Positions 10,055-18,373 of a stretch of 18,373 bases of DNA are shown in pieces; position 1 is the stretch's first letter; each line of letters opens with the position of its first letter. The stretch spans positions 154,209,263 through 154,227,635 of the forward strand of contig JANKJI020000004.1 of assembly GCA_024626585.2 (NCBI GenBank). The letters run 5' to 3'. The DNA comes from Ginkgo biloba. Lineage: Eukaryota > Plantae > Ginkgophyta. The position numbers were made by a program, and so were the translations under genes. The notes below the pieces were generated by a model. The model searched no databases. It was not told the origin of the DNA and saw nothing but the letters and a program-made list of their open reading frames with translations.

Positions 10055-10620
10055 ATGGCCACTGTGGAGCCATTAGGTTCTATGCAAGGTGGCAATCAGA
10101 TATACATTCGTCATGTTTTCCCTAGCAGTCTACAAAAGGAGAAACATGGCGTCCAAGCGAACTCAAAAATTTATCCTGAAGGTTTACCACAAGGTGAGTC
10201 CAGTACTCCTGCACTGCCTGTTTTTACTTTAGACCCTAAGAAGGTCAATGCTATTACTTATGTTTTTGCCTCGACTACCCTTATTATGTATTTTATGGGA
10301 AGGCCTCCACCTGAGTTAGTTTNNNNNNNNNNNNNNNNNNNNNNNNNNNNNNNNNNNNNNNNNNNNNNNNNNNNNNNNNNNNNNNNNNNNNNNNNNNNNN
10401 NNNNNNNNNNNNNNNNNNNNNNGAGTTATCATAGGTGTGATCAAAGTCAATGACCTATGGTGGGGTGTTGGGGCGAGGTTTAGGGAAATAGTATCAACTG
10501 ACAGATCAGTGAGCATAAAGGCTTGATATGAGTGGCCTTCTGTAGGCAAGCATTGGAGAGAAGGAGATCGTGGATATGTAGTACTAAAGACAAATCTGAG
10601 AGGACATTGTCAACCATGCT
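10055..10620 (+). pseudogene. Probable LINE ORF1 remnant (start of DUF4283; degenerate zinc-knuckle region after the gap)
   Basis: LPVFTLDPKKV...TTLIMYFMGRPPP before the 100-N gap resembles the start of DUF4283. After the gap, IKA*YEWPSVGKHW resembles the YEWxPxxCxxC lead-in of the zinc knuckle. Confidence 0.45.
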
Positions 10621-10699
10621 AGCTCCTCTACAGGGGTAGCAGTGGAGGCATTGGTTCTAAATTAAACCTTTATTTTATTAAACATTTATTTGTTGTTTG

Positions 10700-12508
10700 A
10701 AATCTTCATGTCTACTTTCATTATTTTTCAAATAAACAAATTATGACACATACCAATGTTGAGAAGATATGGACCATAGTTCACCTGGCCAAAATGAATA
10801 ATTCATTGGACTCATCTATGTTGAAAAGATGTGGGCCATAGTTTGCTGGGTCTAGCTTATGGAGTCATAACTCATCCCCTGTAAGATCATCGATTGTTAT
10901 CTGAAGCTTGATTGGACAGGCATTAAAATCTTATAATAGATTCACATCCGTGTGTGTTGAAAGCCATGAAATCTTGGATTAGAAGGTCCAATAAGTTTGT
11001 TAACCACTGGATTCAAGAGTGAGGATGCAGGAGGGAAGTAGAAGATGGCTATATGAACATCTGTCAATGTGGTGCCTCTTTGAACTTTACACAAAGATAC
11101 TTAAAATGGTCATCAACAACTGTCAAGGAAATACTACATTTAAGGTCGGTCCTAACTAAGTACTCAATCCCTCTAAATCTGTGAACTCTGCTAGTTTTCG
11201 TGTTGCTTGTCTACAGGTAGACATGCATTTGTACCTTGTGATGGAAGGTGGTGAGCACCTAGGGCTCTCATATGGCTCAAAAAAATTAATATCTCTCTTT
11301 CTCTGACGACAGTTTTTATTGTGCTTGGTAATCTCCATAGCATACCATTGTGATTCCGCCATGTTATAGAAAGACTACCTATGCCCACCTGTTGTAGCTT
11401 GGTATCAGTTGAGGTGAGACAAAGCTTGTTCCATCCTGAAGAAAATGGAAGTCTAATGACAAGCTTAACCATTAAGAAGAAGAGCTTGTTCCTTGCTTCT
11501 GTAAGTTTTTTGGTCTGCTCTTGAGTTCATCTAGTCGATATCTAGTAAAATCTTTGTCAATGAAGGTTTTCTTGGATAAGGTGAAGAGTTTCTCTTTGCT
11601 TGGAGAATTGATAGCTTTTCCGAGGGAGATCATAAATGAATTATGGGAGTCATCCAAGCTTTGGCAGGACTTATGTTTTCCAAATCAAGCTTCTCGTGCA
11701 ACGGTGAAATGATAATTTCCATTGCATTTTTAATACAAAGAATTCTCCCTAGTCTTAAGTTAAGGGTTTTCAATCTTCATGTAATTTATCCTTCCTGTAT
11801 AACCATCTTGATGATCAAGGGAGGCTTTTACCTTTCATCACTTGTACCCACGACCCGTGTTCTGTCACCTTCTTATGAATCATTTCCTGTGCTTCTATGA
11901 AGATTCCAAATTTTATTCTTCCTTCTGCACGTCTTCAGGGACCCGTTTAAGCTCAACCCATATCTTCTTTAAGCATTAGATCCTTTTATATTGAGCTAAC
12001 TATGTTTGAATTTCAGTTAGTTCTCCTTAAACTTGTAATTCATATGTAACTTGTGTAAGTGAGAAGCCTGCTTTCAGTGCTACTGAAGGTAAAGAGAAAC
12101 TCCAGCGGTCTATAATTAGCATCATAATAAACATATGCAAACTTGATAGTAAGTGCTCCTTCATCAAACTCCCCTGAAATGTCATCTAGGTCATCCTCTA
12201 ATGATGACTCATGGTCTTCCTTAGAGAATAATTCATGTTCCTCCTCTCCAAACATGAAAAACTCCCTCATTGAATGTAAGAGCACTCTTCTCTCACTCTA
12301 AAAAAATTTTGAGTCCTCCCACCTTATTGTTAGTTTTTTATATAGGAATTCACCATGCCATGTCCCTCTCTGAGAACCTACACTAGATCGTGTATCTTCA
12401 TCAAGTTGGACTACACTCATATTAAGACCACCCTTTGGTCTAACGCCTATGAACTAGATCAATTCCCTTAAGCACCAATGATAACACTTAATTTAAAAAT
12501 TCCCCTAA
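10700..12508 (-). mobile_element. LTR 3' end, PBS-like site and decayed internal region of an LTR element
   Basis: Minus strand reads ...GTGTTATCA (LTR end at 12479) T TGGTGCTTAAG (PBS-like, 12477-12467). An acidic ORF fragment (12040-12285) and stop-riddled sequence follow. I saw no RT or integrase motifs. The downstream boundary is uncertain. Confidence 0.45.
10756..10843. repeat. Direct repeat of 26 bp with 62-bp spacing
   Basis: ATGTTGAGAAGATATGGACCATAGTT (10756) vs ATGTTGAAAAGATGTGGGCCATAGTT (10818), differing by 3 transitions. Confidence 0.8.
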
Positions 12509-12965
12509 NNNNNNNNNNNNNNNNNNNNNNNNNNNNNNNNNNNNNNNNNNNNNNNNNNNNNNNNNNNNNNNNNNNNNNNNNNNNNNNNNNNNNNNNNNNN
12601 NNNNNNNNNNNNNNNNNNNNNNNNNNNNNNNNNNNNNNNNNNNNNNNNNNNNNNNNNNNNNNNNNNNNNNNNNNNNNNNNNNNNNNNNNNNNNNNNNNNN
12701 NNNNNNNNNNNNNNNNNNNNNNNNNNNNNNNNNNNNNNNNNNNNNNNNNNNNNNNNNNNNNNNNNNNNNNNNNNNNNNNNNNNNNNNNNNNNNNNNNNNN
12801 NNNNNNNNNNNNNNNNNNNNNNNNNNNNNNNNNNNNNNNNNNNNNNNNNNNNNNNNNNNNNNNNNNNNNNNNNNNNNNNNNNNNNNNNNNNNNNNNNNNN
12901 NNNNNNNNNNNNNNNNNNNNNNNNNNNNNNNNNNNNNNNNNNNNNNNNNNNNNNNNNNNNNNNNN

Positions 12966-13175
12966 AAACAGAAAATTAAAATGGGATGGGAATGACAGAT
13001 GGGAACGAAATGATTGACTGAACAAAATGGAAGATGAAAACAGAATGGGAACGGAAAATAGAAATGGGATAGAAATGGAGGATAAAAACAAAACGACCGA
13101 CCAAACGAAATGGAAGATAAAAACAGGACGGGAACGAAAAAACATAAATGGGCTGGAAACAGAAGATAGAAATGA
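12966..13175. repeat. Degenerate purine-rich short-unit repeat array, possibly DNA-transposon (hAT-like) subterminal repeats
   Basis: Recurrent GAAATGG, GGGAACG(G/A)AAA and GAAGATAAAAACA units, flanked by gaps on both sides. Confidence 0.6.
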
Positions 13176-14267
13176 NNNNNNNNNNNNNNNNNNNNNNNNN
13201 NNNNNNNNNNNNNNNNNNNNNNNNNNNNNNNNNNNNNNNNNNNNNNNNNNNNNNNNNNNNNNNNNNNNTTCTCCCCTTCCACAAAGGGGTTCAGCATCTG
13301 CAAAAGCATTGCTGTTCTGTTTCATTTGATACCTAGATTGGAATTTTGTTCTTGCTTATCTTTTGGCAACAGTGCATTTTAACTGATGCTTTAGAGGATT
13401 CTTCAGTTTAGCTGCCAACATTTTCTGATCAGTCCTAGTCTTTGTTGTTTCTGTTTAGGCAATTTCATTGCATTTTACTTGTTAATGTGGCAAATTGAAA
13501 GCATCATTTTGATACATTACCCTCAGACTCTTGCATATCATAACATTTACAGTTTAGCTGATGTGGGTGGCATTGAATCTTCCTAAGTTGAGCCCTATAT
13601 TTCAGCTTATTCATTATATTTTCTTGTTTTCTAAATCTATGCTGCCTTCCATGAAAAGAATCAGTACCATGTAAGGTGGAAGCACATTGTGTCTGCTNNN
13701 NNNNNNNNNNNNNNNNNNNNNNNNNNNNNNNNNNNNNNNNNNNNNNNNNNNNNNNNNNNNNNNNNNNNNNNNNNNNNNNNNNNNNNNNNNNNNNNNNNCC
13801 TCTCATTTTAGCCATGCACAATATCTGGCAAGGATTGTTTTGTCATCTTTATTTAAGCAATTTGTACTGTACTATATGTGAGTAGTTGAAATTGTTGTTT
13901 GATTCATTTATCCTTTTTTCTAAGTTTCTTTGGGTCGCAAAGCATTATAAAACATTTTTTCACAATTTACATTTTTCAGTTCATTCTGTAATTTCCTTAT
14001 CACATTAACCATATTCACAAAATTAACTGCCCCACTTTTTGATGAGGAACTTATCATCTGCCCTAGTTTGATGAAAATTCTATCTGTATTTGGTATTTTA
14101 TTTCTTGGTCGTGGACTACTGGTGCTTGGTTCCTCCTATATCTGTGTTATTGCCTTTGTTAAATGTTNNNNNNNNNNNNNNNNNNNNNNNNNNNNNNNNN
14201 NNNNNNNNNNNNNNNNNNNNNNNNNNNNNNNNNNNNNNNNNNNNNNNNNNNNNNNNNNNNNNNNNNN

Positions 14268-15541
14268 GTAGTGTTCGTAGCACGCCTGAGCAATGCCTTG
14301 GGTGGATTCAATTCTGCTGCTACCTTGCCTAATCGCTTGGATTTGTTTTGAAGTTTGCTTCTTCCTGAGTGTTTGAAAGAATTGTGTAGAAGGCTTATCC
14401 CCAAACTGGAGCCAGTGCAATCTTGCTCGGATTTGCTCTCCCTTAGTTTTCTTAGCGTCATTTGCTTTTGTAGCATGAGTGAGCTTGTTTGCCTTGGATT
14501 GCAGAGCTTCGCCAAATGGGGATTCTTCCAATTTTTGCTTAGTCGAAGAAAGCTCCTTGTTAACCTCCCTTTTAACTTTCCTTCGTATGGAGGCAATCTG
14601 CATGTCGTATCCTCGAAGGTAGGAGGTGACCCTGGCTATAGCTTGGTTCCACCAGTTGATCCAGTTGCTATCTCCCAAATGGTTTGGGCATCAAGTGGAC
14701 GATAAGTTTGATATCGGCTAGACAACAAGGGAGCTGCAACTGGGAAACATTCATTTTAAAGGAGGTGGATTTTCTTGGCATTTTGTTTTCTCCCCAGGCG
14801 ATCTGGAAAGAGATAGGGTTATGGTCTTGATAGAGAAGCATGGTTAAGGACCTTAACTGGATTGCCTGAATCACTTTGTGTTGTAAAGAGATTGTCCCTA
14901 GAGGGCATAACTCTATCTAGTCTTTTAAGAACTCTGTTGTGCTTGAGTCTGAAGTTTGACCAAGTAAACCAGGGTTCATGATATGAATCGTTTTTGAATC
15001 TGTTGGGGTCGTATAGCCCTAAATGCCCTTTAAGCCCCAACCATGCTTCCCTTTCTTTTGCTAACCATCTTAACGACAATCCTCCTATCTTATCCTCCCT
15101 GTCCTCCACCATATTGAAGTCTCCACAGAGGACCCAAGAAGATGGCGACAGATGATCTCCGAGCCATTGCCAAACTTTGGCTCGGTGCAGAGCTAAGTTT
15201 GGAGCATATATGTTGGTTATGCCAAGGACTTTACTATCAATATTTAGTTAAATCCAGGCCACCCTTCTAGTGGGGGTTGAGGACCCACTCTATTATCTTT
15301 TTTTCTAAAGAGGGGGAGAATAAGATGGAGACCCTCCCTTTCCTTCTTGCTAGAGGGAAGAGAAAGAGCAATCTCCAGGCCATATTGATTGAAGTGTAGT
15401 CTAGAGCTTGAAGTCAACCACTTTGACCTCTTGGAGGCAAAGGACATCGAGCTTTTTGAAATAATAAACCAACTTTTTGACAGAATATTTTTTGCATGGG
15501 TCTGTAAGACCTCTTACATTTCAACTGAGACAATTAATCAT
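14268..15541 (-). pseudogene. L1-type LINE ORF2 N-terminus: apurinic-like endonuclease (EEP) domain and linker, with stops and frameshifts
   Basis: MINCLS*NVRGL (ATG 15541), LDVLCLQEVK, NIYAPN, WVLCGDFNMVE, FTWSN, RLDR, (S)DHNPI, FKMN and RARLHWLQFGDKPSTQFF appear in canonical order. It is truncated by the gap at 14267 before the RT domain. Confidence 0.93.
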
Positions 15542-15732
15542 TGGGAGTTGGGTACAGTCTCAACTTCTATTCCCTCATGGTATGACAATCGATCATATAA
15601 TATTAATCTTATGAGCCATGCAAAATATAATAATCGTAACCCAAAATTNNNNNNNNNNCTTTTGTGTGAATTGATTTCCCTAAATGTGCAAATACCTAAA
15701 AACTCTAAAAGCATCAAGGGGGTTTTCATTTT

Positions 15733-16377
15733 GGTTGACTAAATGTGGGCCCCATGGTTAGATCCATGGCTTAGCAACTAGTATTATTCAGATTGTAAAC
15801 ACACACACTTATTATGCATAAATACTATTTCTTACACAACACTAGAATACAAGCATGATGTGGGTACCATCTCATATCTTAAGTGCCATTGATGATAGAA
15901 CAAGGGCCTTGCACCTATGCCTAGTGTCCAAGCTTTCACCTTTCTCTCACCTATTTGTCTTCCTTATAGACACTTAAAAAACTTGAAGGATGCAACCTTT
16001 ATATGGACATGGCATGAATCCCAAGGCACCTCCTCATTTAATGGTTATGATGTCACCATATTTTTTGTTCATGTTGTTATGGGGATGACATCATCCTTCA
16101 TCATCTAATGCTAGCGTTAGTTTGTATGAACTAGACAAGTGTATGAACTCTATAGATTGTACGGATTGTATAGTTGTAATGGACTACTGCATTTTATCCA
16201 TTGGTCTTTACTAAAATTTTGTGGAATCTTGATACATCGTTGGATTCTTTGTGGAATTTATCGTACTGTCCTAGAATCTCTTGTAGAATCTACTATATGT
16301 TTTGGAAATCTCCATGGAATTTGTAGAGCCTTGTTGTCTGTTGTTTGTTGCCATGTGGCACGTAAACCTTACCAACA
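15733..16377 (-). mobile_element. LTR (possibly solo) related to the LTR at 496-1456
   Basis: Minus strand starts TGTTGG at 16377. It shares GCCATGTG, GGAATC-type repeats, GTA(C/T)G(G/A)ACT-type repeats and a TTGACTAA...GTGG(A)GCCC terminus with the first LTR, in the same order. Confidence 0.55.
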
Positions 16378-16749
16378 TATTGTTTGGGCACTATTATCTT
16401 GAGTGTCCTCACTCAAGCTAGATGAGTAGGAAAGGGATAGAGCTTAGGAATTAAGTGGGTTTTTTTGGCTATCGACCCTTCCCCCATCCTTGGACAATAC
16501 CTGAGTAGCCATTCCTCTTCACACTAATTGTCGTTTATGGCTTGATGATGTGGGTAGTCCAGATGTTGCTTCGTCGCCCTTAGCTTGATCTTCATTTAGT
16601 TGGCCTTTGCCTTGTAAGGGTACTCTTTTTGGTTGATAATCACATATATGATATTACATGATTCTTGTTTAATTTTTTCTTATCTCATTCATATGTCCTT
16701 TGATTATCTTTCAAGTTATTATGGTTTTCTAGATTTGTACCACCACTAC

Positions 16750-18373
16750 TACAAAATGTCTTTGGTACAGTTGTTTGGTAGGGATGGAGCTCATTATAGA
16801 TAGAATTTGATGTTGCTCCCATTTACCAATTTGGGTAAAGTTTACTTTCATATTCTACTTGAAAACTATTTTGACACAAAAAAGACATACTCTACATAAA
16901 TGTCCAGGTGAATGGTTGCTTCTAATTCGCATGCCAATTGGATTGGTGTTTTGCCTATAGCTCATTTTTGGGTCATTTGAAGGCCCATAACATTGAATGT
17001 ATTTTTTTAAACTAATGTGCCCTATTGACATTACAATTTTTTGAGTGTAGCTTCCAAAATCTTATTTGAACTTTCTGTATATTCATTATGTCATAGATAA
17101 TATGGCGTGGATTTTTGGTGTTGATCATAATTTCTTTTGTCCACTCTTTCACAATGTAGTTTGTAAAACCACCACCTTGATTGATAGTTAATTGTAGTGG
17201 GCATCCAAAACGTGGTCACTCTTTTATATAAGAATTGTATTGTAATTTTGGTGTCTTGTTGCACTAGATGATACTTGCACCATTTCGTAACAAAGTTTGT
17301 TGTGACTAGGATATGGAAAGCTTGTGTTTGTGGGTAGGAGGACTTTTACACGCTCTATAAAGTTTATAACCCAATGCTCAAATAGGGTGATGGTGGGTAT
17401 TGGGTGAAGTGGTTAGTGCATGTGTTGGTTGGATTTCTTGCCCTTCTAGCAAAAATTGCGTGTCTTTGCCCATTGCTTCACATTGTCAACCAAGGATGGC
17501 CACCATATACCTTCTTGTAGCATGTTGTTGTGTCGTTGACACCATGTCCTCGAGCAAACCCTTTGACAACTACTTGTACTTCGTGGGCTAGGGTGCATTG
17601 ACATATGGTATGATATGGTCCCATTTAGTATATGGCTTCCCCTACAAGTTGATATGGCAATGCTCTTTGTGCAAGGCTTTTTTCCTTTATCCTATCTGAT
17701 CTAGGTGGCATTTGTTTAGTTGGAATTATTCTACTCAAAACAAATTGGTATTTGAAAAATCATCTGCCACACTAGTTACTGCTTCACTAGTTTCGATGCA
17801 GGATAATTAGTGGGGGACAACATGAGTTGTTTTGTGCTTGACAATGATTTTAAATGTGAACTCTTGAGATAGTGATTAGACATTTATTGTTTCGTCATTT
17901 GCTATAGATTTTATGTATGTTGTTGTGAGTTCTGTGTAAAAGCCATTTATGTAATATCAATATGATGAAACTGGGGGCTTTTTCATGTAAATCATATAAT
18001 TTATCTTCTTGGGAAATATTTGGTCCAATTATAATAACCTCGAATCTATAAGTCTATCTTAATTCTTATCTTTATCTCAACTACCTTCTCACCTACTTCC
18101 TTCTATCTTTGTAAGCCTTGTGCATGAAGAACATGTGTCACACATACAAGGGCATTCTTCATCTATATATGTTATTTGTAAATCTATAGGAGGCATGGTG
18201 AATATTGTTATTGTAATTGGAAGCTTCCACCCTTGAAGTGGTAATAATAGAATATGAGATTTTGGTTTTGTAAATAGAATTCTTGAGTTGTGTTCTTGGA
18301 GTTGTGCTCACTATTGAAGGTTTGTCACAAGTAGTATCAAAGCAAGCCTTGGGCAAGCTTTTGCGACAAGCAA
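16750..18373 (-). pseudogene. pol: Decayed Ty3/gypsy (Athila/Tat-like) pol: RNase H-region remnant and integrase
   Basis: AHE...GH, NMLQEGIWWPSLVDNVKQWAKTRNFC*K (HHCC region, ~17445-17590), LFEHWVINFI (~17360-17390), VTTNFVTKW (~17280-17305), STPYYL (~17095-17112) and SKLYPNW (~16826-16846) occur in gypsy integrase order. Weaker RNase H-like remnants lie upstream. Confidence 0.85.

Noticed and set aside
11470-11474. TAATG stop-start overlap between the 61-aa and 93-aa minus-strand ORFs
   Set aside because: Neither ORF is recognisable, and the TAA could equally be a decay stop in a longer frame. Such overlaps occur by chance in AT-rich DNA.
12468-13336. Long ORFs of 100-285 aa in the ORF track
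   Set aside because: They are artefacts of N runs and a low-complexity repeat lacking stop codons.
14040-14095. Two TGATGA motifs suggesting a C/D box snoRNA
   Set aside because: There is no properly placed CTGA D box or terminal stem.
9230-15541. Endonuclease and zf-RVT fragments as two ends of one nested LINE
   Set aside because: Strand and order fit, but no RT domain is visible between them, the levels of decay differ, and several unverified gaps intervene.
15733-18373. LTR at 15733-16377 as the 3' LTR of the adjacent pol remnant
   Set aside because: No polypurine tract precedes position 16377 on the minus strand, so linkage is unsupported.

Overview
AT-rich eukaryotic DNA from a fragmented land-plant assembly. 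There are about eleven N gaps, several of exactly 100 N, so adjacency across them is unverified. The retroelement protein styles hint at a non-angiosperm (moss, lycophyte, fern or gymnosperm), which is inference only. Most of the window is decayed retroelement sequence: an Athila/Tat-like 5' LTR plus PBS (1-1456, -), a tRNA-iMet-primed LTR element (~2147-3378, +), a gag remnant (~8880-9110, +), LINE fragments (ORF1 remnants, a zf-RVT remnant, and a well-preserved L1-type endonuclease ORF2 at 14268-15541, -), another LTR/PBS junction (~12470, -), a second related LTR (~15733-16377, -) and a Ty3/gypsy RNase H-integrase remnant (16750-18373, -). The best non-TE signal is missed by the ORF track: the spliced 5' end of a probable host gene on the minus strand (3479-3846). 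It encodes a transit-peptide-like N-terminus whose start region is duplicated in frame (75 bp) and overlapped by a uORF, downstream of a G-box/GA-repeat promoter. A second notable piece (5460-6211, -) has the layout of a caulimovirid-like ORF end, promoter and poly(A) region. I cannot claim a new biological system; these two are the leads worth testing.
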